Source: Mobula hypostoma (taxonomy: Eukaryota). From it: a stretch of DNA of 64,000 nucleotides. Of the stretch, positions 13,421-27,158 are shown piece by piece. The position numbers and the translations under genes are program-made. The stretch is taken from assembly GCF_963921235.1 (NCBI RefSeq), contig NC_086097.1:152956001-153020000 (forward strand), given 5' to 3'. Every line of letters starts with the position of its first letter. The stretch's first letter is position 1. The notes beneath the pieces are model-generated. The model was given only the letters and a program-made list of their open reading frames with translations, was not told the origin of the DNA and searched no databases.

Positions 13421-14371
13421 TGGAACCTTGAGCTTGAGTGGGAATTAAATTTTCAGTTATAAAATTATGAGCGGACTTGGAAAAGAAAGTTGAAGTATCA
13501 AAATGAGGGAAGCATGGAGATAAAGTAATTGAACAAATAATGGGGAGATGAGTAAAAGTTCTTCGCCCAGTAAGTGGCAATAGTCTGAAGTTCACTGTCA
13601 GAAAGGGTGCTACAGGCATAAACCTTCATCAAAAGAATTATTTGGCTGTGTATTGATGAGTCATGACTTGCAGGGCTATGGACCCAATGCTGAAGGTTTG
13701 GATTAAGCTGGGTAGCTTTTTTTTTGACCAGTATCTAGACAACAGATTGAACTAATTTGTTCTGTATTATTCCAAAGATTTATGGGTTATTAGGTTAATT
13801 AGTCACATGGGTGTAATTGGGTAGTATGGATTTGTTAGGCTGGAGATGCCTGTTGCCTGGCTGTGTCACTGGAAAAAAAACGTTCTATAAATGTTTGATA
13901 AGATTGCAATTAACAGGAGCTGTGAATTAAAAGTGAAGTCAGACACTCCATGGGAGCGTTTAAAAAAAATAAACAGAAGGATTTGCTGATGAGGTTGGAT
14001 GAGTAACACTAGGTGTTAGGTTGTGCGGAGAGTAAGTAATGATTTCAGCAAGTTCTCTCGATTGACCTGTTTCTGTACAATTAATTCTGTAATTCGTATT
14101 TTACAGGCGGAAAAATACAGTTGAAATGTAATCCATAAAAAACAAAGCAGTGAAAAGTGGGCAGCTGGAAAAATTGTAAATACGAGAAGATGCTGGAAAT
14201 GAAACGCAACACATAAAATGTTGGAGGAACGCTGAATTTCAGGAAGCATCTATGGAAATGCATAAACAGGTGATGTTTTGGGTTAAGTTCCTTCTTCATG
14301 GATTTTAGTTAGAGCTTCTTCAATTGGGGCTTTTCTGTTTGGAGCAAAGGAAAATGAGAGGTCACCTGATA

Positions 14372-17172
14372 AAACCATAAAACCATAAGATATAGGAGCA
14401 GAAGTAGGCCATTCGGCCCACTGAGTCTGCTCCGTCATTTAAACGTGGGCTGATCCAGTTCTTCCAGTCATCCCCACTCCCCTGCCTTCTTCCCATAACC
14501 TTTGATGCCCTAACTAACCAAGAACCTATCTATCTCTGCCTTAAATGCACCCAGTGAAGTGACCCCCACAGCTGCTCATGGCAACAAATTCCACAGATTT
14601 ACCACTCGCTGACTAAAGTAATTTCTCTGCATCTTTGTTCTAAATAGATGTACTTCAAACCTGAAGTCGTGCCCTCTTGTCCTAGACTCCCCTACCATGG
14701 GAATTGACTTTGCCATATCTCATCTGTTCAGGCCTTTTAGCATTTGGAATGTTTCTATGAGATCCCCCTCATTCTTTTGAACCCCAGAGAATACAGCCCA
14801 AGAGCTGTCAGACATTCCTCATACAGTAACCCTTTCATTCCTGGAATCATTCTAACAAATCTTCTCTGAACCATTTCCAATGTCAGTATATCCTCTCTAA
14901 AATAAGGAGTCCAAAACTGCACATAATATACCAAATGTGGTCTCACGAGTGCCTTATAGAGCCTCAAAATCACGTCCCTGCTCTTATATTCTATACCTCT
15001 TGAAATGAAGGCCAACATTGCATTTGCCGCCTTCAGCACTGACTCATCTGGAGGTTAACCTTTAGGGTATCCTGCACAAGGACTCCCAAGTCCCTTTGCG
15101 ACTCTACATTTTGAATTCTCTCTGCATCTAAATAATAGACTGCCCGTTTATTTCTTCCACCAAAGTGCATAACCATACACTTTCCAACATTGTATTTCAT
15201 CTGATACTACTTTGCCCATTCACCTAACCTATCTAAGTCTCTCTCTTTGTATCATCGGCAAATTTAGCTACAAATCCCTTAATCCCACAGTCCAAATCAT
15301 TGATATATATCGTAAAAAGCAGCAGTCCCAACACCCACCCCTGTGGACCCCCCCCCCCCCACCCGGTAACCGGCAGCTAGCCAGAATAGGATCCCTTTAT
15401 TCCCACTCTGTTTTCTGCCAATCAGCTAATGCTCCACATATACTAGTAACTCCTCTGTAATTACATGGAATCTGATCTTACCTCATGTGCAGCACCTTGT
15501 CAAAGGCCTTCTGATAATCCAAGTACATCTTCTTTGTCTATCCTGCTTGTAATTTCCTCAAAGAATTGCAGTAGGTTTGTCAAGAAGAATTTTCCTTTCA
15601 GGAAACCATGCTAGCTTTGGCTTAACTTGTCATGTGCCTTCAGGTACTTTATAATCTCATCCCTAACAACCAATTCCAACAACTTCCCAACCACTGATGT
15701 CAGGCTAACAGGTCTATAGTTTCCTTTCTGCTGCCTCCCACCCTTCTTAAATAGTGGAGTAACATTTGCAATTTTCCAGTCATCCAGTACAGTGCCAGAA
15801 TATATTGATTCTTGAAAGATCATTGTTAATGCCTCTACAATCTCTCCAGCTACTTCCTTCAGAACCCGAGGGTGCATACCATCAGGTCCATGAGATTTAT
15901 CCACCCTCAGACCATTAAGCTTCCTGAGCACCTTCTCAGTCATAATTTTCACTGCACATACTCCACTTCCCTGACACTCTTGAATGTTCGGTATACTGCA
16001 GATGTCTTCCACTGTGAAGATTGATGCAAAATACATATTCAGTTCCTCTGCCATCTCTGCGTCTGTCATTACAATATCTCCAGTGTCATTTTCTATTGGT
16101 TCTCTATCTACCCTCAACTCTCTTTTACCCTTTATATAGTTAAACAAGCTTTTAGTATCTTTGATATTAGTCACCAGCTTCCTTTAATAATTCATCTTTT
16201 CTGTCCTAATGACCTTCTTAGTTTCCTTCTGCATATTTTTATAAGCTTCCCAATCCTCTACTTTCCCACTGGCTCGGCTTCCTTGTGTGCCCTCTCTTTT
16301 GCTTTTACTTTGGCTCTGACTTCACTTGTCAGCCATGGTAGTGTCCTTCTTCCATTTGAAAATTTCTTCTTATTTGGAAAACATCTGTCTTGCACATCCG
16401 TCATTGTTCGCAGAAACTCCAGCCATTGCTGCTCTGCTGTCCTTCCTGGTAGTGTCCCTTTCCAGTCAAGCTGTTCTAAAAAGCCATCCCTTAGATATTC
16501 TACAAATTCTCTCTCTTGAGGTCCCATACTGGCCTGGTTTTCCAAATCCACTTTCATGTTAAAATTCCCAACAATTATCATGACATTGCCTTTCTGACAC
16601 ATCTTTGCTATCTCCTGCTGTAATTTGTAATCCATATCCCAGCTGTTGTTTGGAGGCCCGTATACAACTGCCATTAGGCTCCTTTTACCTTTGCCATTTC
16701 GTAACTCAACCCATACAGACTCTACAACTTCCAGTCCTATGTAATCCCTTTCTAATGATTTATGGTAATATTTCTTATACACAAGTTCACACCACCCTCC
16801 CACCTATTAACGTATCTTTCCGATATTTTGTATATCCTTGGATGTTCAGCTTCCAATGGCAGCCATCCTTTAGCTAAGTTTCAGAGATGGTCATACTTGC
16901 CAATCTGTAGCTGAATTTCAAGATCGGCCATTTTACTTCTTATACTGAGTGCATTCAAATATAACATTTTCAGTCCAGTATTTGTTGCTTTCTATTTTAA
17001 CTGCACCACACCTCTATTGCCCTGTAACTCATCCCATTGGCTGTGATTATGCCTCATCTGCCTGCCTGCCTTTTCTATCATCTCTGTTGCACACTATCTT
17101 TGATTTATTTCTGGTATTCCCCCTCCTCAGCCCTATCATTCTGGTTCCCATCCCCCTGCCAAATTAGTTTAG
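14372..17172 (-). mobile_element. CR1 LINE with internal deletions, nested in an older CR1 3' fragment
   Basis: ORFs 16258-16803 (APE: ESVWVELRN, VGNFNM), 15611-16174 (GPDGMHPRVLKE, WKIANVTPLFKKG, NYRPVSLTSV) and 14755-15039; tail aaaccataaaaccataag. Confidence 0.92.
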
Positions 17173-17185
17173 AGATAGAGATGTA

Positions 17186-17998
17186 TAAGATGGCAGTGCG
17201 CTCCAACGCAGAGGCCTCTCCTGATCCAATCACGCCTGCTTTTGGTCATGCTGCATGTCATTTTTTTTATGATTGCAACTCACTGCTAGATACTAAGAAG
17301 ATCAAGTTCTGCAGATCAATCCCATCAGTGAGTTACTCAATAGAGATGGAGCTGGTCTTATTGTATTGCATACTGTTGTTGTGTTGTTGCCAGGACTATT
17401 TGTGTTCCTTTGTGCCAAAAAAGTATGTTGTGTGAGTGATATCTTGGATGTTTTTAGTGATTGCAAGACCTTGTTGGACATTGGTAACATAGAATATTGT
17501 AATTCCGTTACACTGGCTCATTACTGGGACGAATTGCAGGGGAATTGTGTTGCCTCACTTGAAGCAAGGACTAGGCCTAGGATGAGGCTGCAGAGTCACC
17601 TGTGGTAGTTGCCTGGGGGAGGAGACTCTGAAGCAGTGCTGCCCTCCAGTGGTTGCTCAGTGCCGCTTTCTGGTATTGACATGGTGCTGCTCTCCATGTT
17701 TGCTCGTTGCTGCTCTAAAGTGCTCGCTTGGTGAAAGAACAGGCTGGACCAGAACAACTGGCCATTAATGTAGTCATGCCCCAGAGTGTCTTGGGCCATA
17801 CTATTATTGTTTTTCTCTCTTTGTGACTGTATGATTTTTTTTCTAAGTTATAAATATATATGCTATTTGTGCTATGTCCTATGTGCAGTATGATGTGTGC
17901 AATTGGCAATGTGTTTTGCACCTTGGCCCCATAGAAACACTTTTTTTTGTTATGGCTATATTCATGTATGGTTGAACGATAATTAAACTTGAACTTGA
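17186..17998 (+). mobile_element. Non-autonomous LINE-derived element (Rex1-type ends, no ORF)
   Basis: Starts aagatggcagtgcg and ends aattaaacttgaacttga; interrupts the host CR1 sequence gagatgtataagat|gataagagggatag. Confidence 0.65.
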
Positions 17999-18345
17999 TA
18001 AGAGGGATAGATAGAGTGGATAGACAGCACCTTTTCTTTCCAGGGCAGAAATTACTAATATGATAGGACATACTTGCAAGATAATTGAAGGAAAGTTTAG
18101 TGGGGATGTCAGAGGTAGTAATTTTGCAGAGTGTGGTGGGTGGGTGAAACATACTGCCAGGGTTAGTGGTAAAAGCAAATGCATCAGGGATATTTAAGGG
18201 GCTCTTAGATAATTATGTGGATGAAAGAAAAATAGAGGGGTATGTGGGAGGGAAGGGTTAATTCATCTTGAAGTAGGTTAAATGGTCAGTCCAATATCGT
18301 GGGCCAAAGGGCCTGTATTGTGCTGTATGGTTTCTGTTCTTGAAA
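17996..18345 (+). mobile_element. CR1 3' end (host of the 14372-17998 nest)
   Basis: Continues the fragment at 14325-14371; ends gggccaaagggcctgtattgtgctgtatggtttctgttct. Confidence 0.8.
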
Positions 18346-19944
18346 TGAAACCACGTGATTCTCCTGAATGCAGTTCACATATGTGCAACAGTCCCCTTTG
18401 AGGCCCCTGACACAGGTGAGATTTTAGTCACCGACCTAAAATTGAATGGTAATGGAAAAAGCAGAAAATTCATGGCTGGTGGTACTTAAGATGTCAAAAG
18501 ATAAGCTAAAATTGCAGAACTTGACCTTTCTAATGAAAGGTCCTCATATTATTCCAGGTGCTGGTAAATTTGTTGCATTTTCTGTTTTTATATTAAAATA
18601 AAGTGCCTAATGTCTCTACTGGAATAACAAATGAAGCAATATAAAACAAAGGAATTCACACATTTATTAACAAATACTGCACAACGTGATTCCAAACAGT
18701 AATGAAATGGGACTGTCTGATCACTGGGGGAGTGAAATTCCCTTTTATGGAAAAAAAAACTTTTTCTTCATAATTAACAAACTCACAAGAACTCCCAACT
18801 TAATTTCTACAACTAATGTGGTAGCAGCTTGTCAGTAGGGCAATAGCAGCAAAAATAAATATACTGTATTTCTCTGTAATCAATCATAGGAGGAATTGCA
18901 ACTCTCAGTACGTCTATGCAATTCACACTTCGAAACATACCTTTCGAGTTAAAATCCTTTATCTGACTTTTTTTTGCACCAAACTGCTGGATGGACTCAG
19001 GGGAAACATTGTTACCTGCTGGCTGGAGCTACAGCTAATTGCTTATTTTTGTGTAGGCATTACAAAATAAATAAATTAAAAAAATCAGAGTTCCAAGCTA
19101 ATGCAAGCCATTGCAAATTAGTTTTAAGAACAAAATGATTACTTTGTATAAATTAATGAGTTTTCCCCACAGTTCAGCCGTATGGACAAGAAGATATTCG
19201 CTTGGTGTGTGAAGAGTAAAAGGATTATAAGAGGAAAGGTGGACCGAAGGGCAATTTGTAAACCTTCTCATGGAGGCAGGGGGAATACATAGTAAGTGAC
19301 TACATCAGTGTTCACTAAGGTACGAGATGCTGCTAGCGTTGAGGTTCTGTCTTAGATCTGAATTTATAGAGATAGTAGCTTGAAGATACGAACACTTACA
19401 GCAAGCAAGTGTACATGAATCACTGAAAGTCAGCATTCTGCTCCTGCAAGTAATTAGGAAGGTAAACAGTATACTAACCTTTAGTGCAAGTGGAATACAA
19501 GAGTAAAGACATCTTACTGGAATTATGTGCAGTGCTGATGACATGAAACCTCAGATGGTACAGTATATTTGTGGGAGAAGGAGTCCAACAAAGGTTTACT
19601 AGATTTGTTCCTGGCCTGGAAGATATGTCCTGTGATGAGAGATTAAGCAGACTGGGTTATTTGCTGTCCTGTGTTTAGAAATATGAGGGATGACCTCAGT
19701 GAAGTTTGCAACACTCTCATTCTCCACTTGGAGCATTCTGGGACCTGGGTCCGGGCAAATCGCTTAACTATGACTATGGATAGGGGTTTAAACTAAATAA
19801 TAGAGGGGATGGGTTCAACAGCTTGGAAAAGAATGGATGAAGTAAAAGCGAAAGAGTGTAGGAGTGATTAATGAAGACTCCAAAATAAAGAGTTAGACAA
19901 AAAGTTTAGAAAGGGATAAGAACTTAAATTGAAGGCAACATACG

Positions 19945-20730
19945 GATTCAAGTACATTTATTATCAAAGAATGTATCAATTATACAACCTTGAGATTTGC
20001 TTGCTCACAGGTAGCCAGAAAGCAAGACACCCTAAAGAACCCAGTTAAAGAAAATAAAGAATACAAATAAAAATAAAAGGCCAATACTGGAGGCGTAAGA
20101 GAAGGAAAAAAACACAAATCATGAAAACAATTGAAGCGAACAATGACATTCCGAACCAAAATTAAGTCCTCAGATCTGAACCCTGGAGCAGCCTGGAGTA
20201 GGTCCAAAGCCTTGCTTATTAGTTCATCATATCAGTAGGCATGGAGCACAGCAGCTAAGGCAGTCTTCAAAGCTTCAGCGCCATGGAAACAACTATCATA
20301 GATAACATGTGAAATCAGCTCTCAGCCTGACCAATACCTTGTCTTCTCAGTCTATCTGGGCTGGCTTTTAAATTGACCAAACAATGGAACAGCGAAAGTC
20401 TCCATTTTCCTGGAGAGAGGAGCAACAATCGCAGAGGGTGATCAATGTTGGCTCTTGCCTCTGATCTGGGCTGTCATTTAAATTGTCTAAGCAGTGTGTC
20501 ATACCTCACACTAGGACCAGACACTGCTGCTGCGAAAGGCTCTGGGTTTAGGCCCTGCTGCCCAATGTCTTGCTTAGGGCCCAGATTTCATTGCCCAGCC
20601 CAAAGCTACTCTCAAACTCTTCAAATCAGCTCAGCACCCAGAGCGATCCAACCTCACTTTTGTGATGGCAGTACGGGCATCAGAACTCTATCTACAATGA
20701 TCCTTTAACACACCATGTTGGCTCAACACC
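19945..20730 (-). mobile_element. Non-autonomous Rex1-type element
   Basis: Reverse-strand 3' end (ttcaagtacatttattatcaaag...ccttgagatttg) shared with Rex1 copies at 23095 and 35445; no coding remnant recognised. Confidence 0.55.
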
Positions 20731-20879
20731 CGAACACATCTGGCTACTGCTCACCCCTTCACTGCTTGCAGTGATAATTTAATTCAATTTGCCTAACAAG
20801 AAGTATTTTTAGTTGGATTTCTTAGATTTTTGCCTACCAGAAAGCTGTTGCACATGTTTGGTAGGACTATCTTAACTGG

Positions 20880-21150
20880 ATTCAAAATTGTTCACCGTCA
20901 TTTCCAGTACACAAGTATAAAGAAGAACAAAATAATTGTTACTCCAGACCTGATGCAGCACCAAAAAAAAAAACAAAGTAAGGTCCAAGCTTTTAGCTGG
21001 GGCTTCTGGTTGGTCCATGAGATGACCGTCCTGGAGGTACCAATGTTGTGTACACAATTACTGATGTAACTGGTAAGAGATGAGGCATATTCCTCGGTCT
21101 GTGTCTTTTTCCTTTGTGGCAGCCTGCTTGACCATCTGCCAGATTCAAAA
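20880..21150 (-). mobile_element. Internally deleted Rex1-type fragment
   Basis: EEYASSLTSYISNCVHNI...WTNQKP linker joined directly to a 3' tail like that at 7736-7825. Confidence 0.6.
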
Positions 21151-21439
21151 CATTCAAAACAGTGCTGGAGCATAGAGGTTGCCTCATTACATCCTCTTGA
21201 TGGATTTCTCCATTTTCAGCAGCGGTCGGTATGCTGGGATTAATATTATGGAAATGTCGTCCAAGAGGCCAAGATGAGGGCATGTGATGTAAGTACCTCA
21301 TCTTTGTGTATAAACATGATCAAGTTTGCTTGTTCGCCTTGTGACCATGATGACATGTTGGTAGAATTTGAGTAACAGGTTAACCTGAATGAAGTCTCCT
21401 GCAGTTATGGAGACACCATGGAGATAAAATGGCAGAAGG

Positions 21440-23092
21440 GTGGTGAACAGGAGTGATGGTGTTAGAGCTGAATGCATGCAAAATCCAAAATAAGGTAGTT
21501 AATCTTGTGGCACAGTAAGCAATTTGCAGCTGTGATGTTGTCGGCATCACAGAGTTGTGTTTGAAAGAAGATCATAGCTGGAAGCTGAACATCCAAGGAT
21601 ACACATTGCATCAGAAGGACAGGCAAGTAGGCAGCGAGGGTGGAGTGGCTTTGTTGGTAAAAAATGAAATGAAATACAAAGGAAAAAGTGACATAGGATG
21701 AAATGACGTGGTTTCCTTGTAGGTAGAGTTAAAAAACTGCAAGGGTAAAAAGTCCCCGATGGGAGATATATAAATATAGGCCCCCAGACAATAGCCCGGA
21801 TGTAGGGTGCAAATTATAATGGAAATAGAAAAGGCATGTAAAAAGGGCAATGTTACAACAGTCATGAAGGATTTCAATATCCGGGTAGATTAAGAAAAAT
21901 AGGTTGGTGCTGGATTGCAAGAGAAGGAATTTTTATAGAAAGCCTATGAGGTGGCTCTTTAGAGCTTGTGGTCAAGTCCACAAGGAAAGAAGCAATTCCA
22001 GATTGGGTGTTATGTAATGAACCAAATATGAACCTAAGTTAAAGGAACCCTTAGGAGATAGTGCTCTTATGACAGAATTCACCCGACAGTTTGAGAGGAA
22101 GAAGCTAAAATCAGACAGATCAGTGTTTCAGTGATTTAAAGGGAGCTACAGAGGCATGAAAAAGAAGCTGGCTGAAGATAATTATGTAACCCTCTCACCA
22201 GGGCTCGGATACAAACTTGGCTTAATAGCTGACTCTGCTAACTGCCCATGTGCCTCAGCAGTGTGACGACCAACTTTCATAAACAATATACATCTATGGT
22301 CGGTATGATTTGATGTTCAACCAAACAGGAACTTTGTCATGTTCCAATTAAAGGAACCTCAATCTGAGCAAATGCTGTGTAAAAACTGCCCATACACAGT
22401 TATCAGTAGCCCAGAAATGACAGGTTGTACACCAACATACAATTATAAAAAAGGGTATATTTACCAAATGTTCAACTTTAACCAACAGTTACAGAAAAAG
22501 AAAAGAAAAAAAAATAAGAAAGGCCTATTACAGTTAAACTAGTCCAATATGCACTGAATATTGGAGCTCATACTGGAATAGTCAGGGGTGTATCTCTTTA
22601 CTCGTGCGCTGGATGCACAGTCTGTGTGAAAGCACGCACCACATCCCAAACTCGCCTTGAAGACCACCTAGAGTGAGCTGGCTCTCTCCAGAGTATTGGC
22701 CATTCCTCCTTTGAGCCATTAATCTGCACAAAGCACTTTGCAATGGGAACCCTCCTAATGGCTTTCTGCAGCATCTTCCCTTGTGCAATGGGAACTCTCC
22801 TCCTAATGGCATTCTGCAGCATCTTCCCCTGTGTACCGCTTTCAGCTTGCACTAAGAAGACCCCAACCAGACTACTGCCCTTCAGAAGACTTCTCCCCAC
22901 AGTTCTCTAGTACCTTCTCTCCCATCCCACAATCATGATTGCTGACACACATTCCTAAGTTGGACAGCGGTGGCTAAAACACACTTCCCAGTTTGGCACA
23001 CTTTTTACAGAAAATTGCTAAAATAAACTATCTCATAGCATAGCAATAGAAATCTGAACCAGGGCATTACAATTAGAAGGGACACTAGAAAG
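21440..23092 (+). mobile_element. CR1 endonuclease-region fragment interrupted by a solo LTR
   Basis: ggcatcacagagttgtgtttg and aggacaggcaagtaggcagcgagggtggagtggc are APE motifs; the host resumes at 23076 (gaagggacactag). Confidence 0.85.
22185..23071. mobile_element. Solo LTR (887 bp), Gypsy-like
   Basis: Termini TGTAA...TTACA; 4-bp TSD ATTA (22181-22184, 23072-23075); internal ~45-bp duplication at 22739-22830. Confidence 0.85.
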
Positions 23093-23094
23093 TG

Positions 23095-24200
23095 TTCAAA
23101 GTTCAAAGTCAATTTATTATCAAAATCTGAATCAGAATCTGGTTTATTATCACAGGCATGTGTTGTGAAATTTGTTAACTTAGCAGTAGCAGTTCAATGC
23201 AATACATAATGTAGAAAAAAAACAATAGTAATAAGTAAATCAATTACAGTATACATATATTGAATAGATTAAAAATCGTGCAAAGAAACAGGTAATATAT
23301 ATTAAAAAGTGAGGTAGTGTTCAAGGGTTCATTTAGGAATTGGATGCAGAGGGGAAGAAGCTGTTCCTGAATCACTGAGTGTGTGCCTTCAGGCTTCTGT
23401 ACCTACTATCTGATGGTAACAGTGAGAAAAGTGCATGCCCTGGGTGCTGGATGTCCTTAATAATGGAGGCTGCCTTTCTGAGACACCGCTCCTTGAAGAT
23501 GTCCTGGGTACTTTGTAGGCTCGTACCCAAGATGAAGCTGACTAAATCTGCAGCTTCTTTCGGTCCTGTGCAGCAGAATGCCCCCAATACCAGACAGTGA
23601 TGCATGATACATCTATAGACATTTTTGAGTGTATTTGTTGACATACAAAATCAAAATACATATATGTCACTATATACAAACTTGAGATTCATTTTTAATG
23701 GGCATACTCAATAAATCTATTGAATAATAACCATAGCAGACCCAGTGAAATATCACACAACTTGGGTATTCAATCAAAGTGCAGAAGGCAATGCACTGTT
23801 CAAATACAAAAAGAATGAAAAAAAAACTAAAAAAAAAAAGCAATACAGTACATACAGAGAACATGAGACGTAGTGTCGTTGAAAGTGAGCCCATTGGTTG
23901 TGGGAACATTTCAATGATGGGGGCGAGTGAAGTTGAGTGAAGTTATAACCTTTTGATCAAGAGCCTGATGGCTGATGGGTAATAACTGTTGCTCAACATG
24001 GTGATGTGCATCCTGAGGCTCCAGTGTCTTCCACCTGATGGCAGCAGCCAGAAGAGAGGATGTCCTGGCTGATAGGAGACCGTGATGATGGATGATGTTT
24101 TCCTGCAACAGCATTTCATGTAGATGTGCTCAATGGTGATGATGTCTTTGCCGTGATGGACTAGGCTGTATCCACTACTTTTTGTAGGATTTTCCATTCA
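23095..24200 (-). mobile_element. Rex1 3' fragment containing a second Rex1 3' fragment (23127-23649)
   Basis: Both encode KAASIIKD/HPGHALFSLLPS-like peptides; the inner copy has the 8-bp TSD ATCAAAAT (23119-23126, 23650-23657). Confidence 0.85.
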
Positions 24201-24284
24201 TGAGTGATGGTAGAATAGCAATAGCTGGAGCTTCCAGGAGCAAATCAGAAGGTGCCTGATAGGTTTATTCTATAGAAGAAGGAA

Positions 24285-25066
24285 TAAGATAAGTGTGAGG
24301 TGGTTCAAATATGATGACAGAATATAGTATTAATGGTAAGACTCTTGGCAGTGTGGAATATCAGAGGGATCTTGCAGTCTGAGTCCATAGGACACTCAAA
24401 GCTGCTGCGCAGGTTGACTCTGTGGTTAGGAAGGCATACAGTGCATTGGCCTTCATCAACCGTGGGGTTGAGTTTAGTAGCCGAGAGGTAATGTTGCAGC
24501 TATATAGGACCCTGGTAAAACCCCACATGGAGTACTGTGCTCAGTTCTGGTCGCCTTACTATGGGAAGGATGTGGAAACCATAGAAAGGGTGCAGAGGAA
24601 ATTTACAAGGATATTGCCTGGATTGTGGGGAGCATGCCTTATGAGAATAGGTTGAGTGAACTTGGCCTATTTTCCTTGGAGCAACAGAGGATGAGAGGTG
24701 ACCTGATGAAGGTGTATAAGATGGTGATAGGCATTGATCATGTGGATAGTCAGAGGCTTTTTTCCAGGGCTGAAATAGATAGCACGAGCGGGCACAGTTT
24801 TAAGGTGCTTGGAAGCAGGTACAGAGGAGATGCCAGGGGTAAATTTTTTACGCAGAGAGTGGTGAGTGCATCGAATGGGCTGCTGGCGACGGTGGTGAAG
24901 GCAGATGCAATAGGGTCTTCGAAGAGACTCCTGGACAGGTATATAGAGCTCAGAAAATGAAGAGGGCTATGGATAACCCTAGGTAAATTCTCAGGTAAGG
25001 ACATGTTCGGCACAGCTTTGTGGGCCGAAGGGCCTGTACTGTGCTGTAGCTTTTCTACGTTCCTAT
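24285..25066 (+). mobile_element. CR1 3' fragment
   Basis: LQLYRTLVKPHMEYCAQFWSPY; RMRGDLMKVYK; FFTQRVVS; tail ttttctacgttcctat. Confidence 0.9.
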
Positions 25067-25455
25067 GAATAGGCTAGGACTTCTTTCTCTGGAGCGTGAA
25101 GGGAGATTTGGCAGAGGTACATACAATTATGAGTGGTAGAGACAGGGGGAATGCCAGCAGGTTTTTTCCACTGAGTTTGTTGACACTAGAACTAGAGATT
25201 ATGGGTAAGGGTGAAAGATGAAATGTTTAAGCAGAACCTGAGGGGAATGTTCTTCATTCAGAGGATGTTGAGAGTGTGGAATGAGTTGCCAACAGCAGTG
25301 GTAGATGTGAGTTTGTTTTCAATATTTAGTAGAATTTTGGATGGGAGGGGTATGGAGGCTATAGTCTGGGTGCCGTTCCATGGCACTAGTGAGAATAATA
25401 GCTTAGCAGAGTCTAGAAAGGCCTGTTTCCGTGCTGTAGTGTTCTATGACTCTAG
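25067..25455 (+). mobile_element. CR1 3' fragment
   Basis: NLRGMFFIQRMLRVWNELP; tail gtgctgtagtgttctatgactcta. Confidence 0.8.
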
Positions 25456-25745
25456 GATCCATTGCCGAATAAATTGTGGAAACAGACTATTAAAGGAGAT
25501 TGAGCAATTATCTGAAAGCAATGAATTTACAGGACTATGGGAAGAAGGTGAAGGAGTGAGATTGCACCAGCTGCAATTTTCTTATATGGTCCTCTTGCAC
25601 TCACTAACCATCCTGTGATTCACAGAATCACACTAAATCCCTGGCTTGTATTCACTTTGTTTATCTCAGCATGGACCATGTTGAGGCTTCTCTGGGTTGG
25701 AACATACTAACTGCCGGTGGTCAGCTTCTTTCTTGGCAGTAATGG

Positions 25746-25872
25746 CTAGAGCGTGAGCTGCTTGATGCCACTCCGCAAAGCCATGTCAAACTTGGCAATC
25801 ACCTGATCGTGTTTAGCGATCTCAATTTCCCTTCGACACTGATATGCTCTCAGATGATCACATATCCAGACT
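25746..25872 (-). CDS. Candidate terminal coding exon of an unidentified host gene
   Basis: Unique, CpG-retaining island; acceptor tttctgtgcag|; the only open frame is (x)VWICDHLRAYQCRREIEIAKHDQVIAKFDMALRSGIKQLTL-stop. Confidence 0.5.
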
Positions 25873-25890
25873 CTGCACAGAAACACTTTC

Positions 25891-27158
25891 TTTCTTTTTA
25901 AATCTTTTTATTGAGTAAGTATACAAAAAAGGTAAGCCATATAAACATTAATACAATGTTAAAGTATAATAAAATTCCAAAAGGTAACAATACCAAAAAG
26001 AAAATACTACAAACAATGTAATTTAAGCATAAGAAACCAAGATAACATAATAGTATACTAGATTTTATATATATCAATGGAAAAAAAGAAAAAAAAACCC
26101 CCAAAAAAAACCCACCGTGCAACTAACTAAAAGCAAAGCAAAGCAATGGGCTAACTTGAAACCAAACAGAGTTAAACTTAAAATCACGTCCTCAATCCCG
26201 ACCTCCATTAAAACAGTGAAAAAAAACAAGAAGGGTAAATATTACATTAAATGAAAATATCGAATAAAAGGTCCCCAAATCTGTTCAAATTTAAATGAAG
26301 AATCATAAAGGTTACTTCTAATTTTCTCCAGATTCAAACATAAAATCGTCTGAGAAAACCAAAAAAAGGTAGTTGGAGCATTAAGCTCTTTCCAATGTTG
26401 TAAAATACATCTTTTCGCCATTAAAGTAAGAAATGCAATCATTCTACGGGCTGAAGGGGAAAGATTACTAGAAATTTTAGGTAGTCCAAAGATAGCAGTA
26501 ATAGGGTGAGGAGAGATATCTATATTTAATACCTTAGAAATAATATTGAAAATATCTCTCCAAAAAGTTTCCAAAGTAGGGCAAGACCAAAACATATGAG
26601 TTAAAGAGGCTATCTGCCCCGAACATCTATCACAGAAAGGATTAATATGCGAGTAAAAACGCGCTAACTTATCTTTGGACATATGTGCTCTATGCACCAC
26701 TTTAAATTGAATTAGGGAATGTTTAGCACAAATAGAGGAAGTATTAACTAATTGTAAAATCTGCCCCCAATCATCCACAGAAATGGTAAGCCCCAATTCC
26801 TGTTCCCAATCTACCCTAATCTTATCAAATGGAGCTTTCCTGAGTTTCATAATAATATTATAAATCATAGCCGATGCACCTTTCTGACATGGATTAAGGT
26901 TAATTATCGAATCTAAAATATATATAGGAGGAAGCATTGGAAAGGAAGGAAGTATAGTACTTAGAAAATTTCTAACTTGTAAATATCTAAAAAAATGTAT
27001 TCTTGATAGGTTATATTTATTAGATAATTGTTCAAAAGACATAAGGGAACCATCTAAAAATAAATCCAAAAACCGTAAAATACCCTTAGTCTTCCAAGTT
27101 TGAAAAGCGCGATCCGTAAAAGAGGGAGGAAAAAATATGTTACCTAAAATAGGAATCG
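25891..27158 (-). mobile_element. Young 5'-truncated L1-clade LINE (ORF2 C-terminus with zf-RVT, 3' UTR, polyA signal)
   Basis: Frame open from the truncation point (IPILGNIFFPPSF...) to the stop at 26242; CDRC...HMFWSC CCHC motif; AATAAA plus A-rich tail; 13-bp TSD CAGAAACACTTTC (25878-25890, 27159-27171). Confidence 0.95.

Noticed and set aside
22739..22830. CRISPR-like direct repeats
   Set aside because: It is a simple two-copy tandem duplication inside an LTR, with no spacers.
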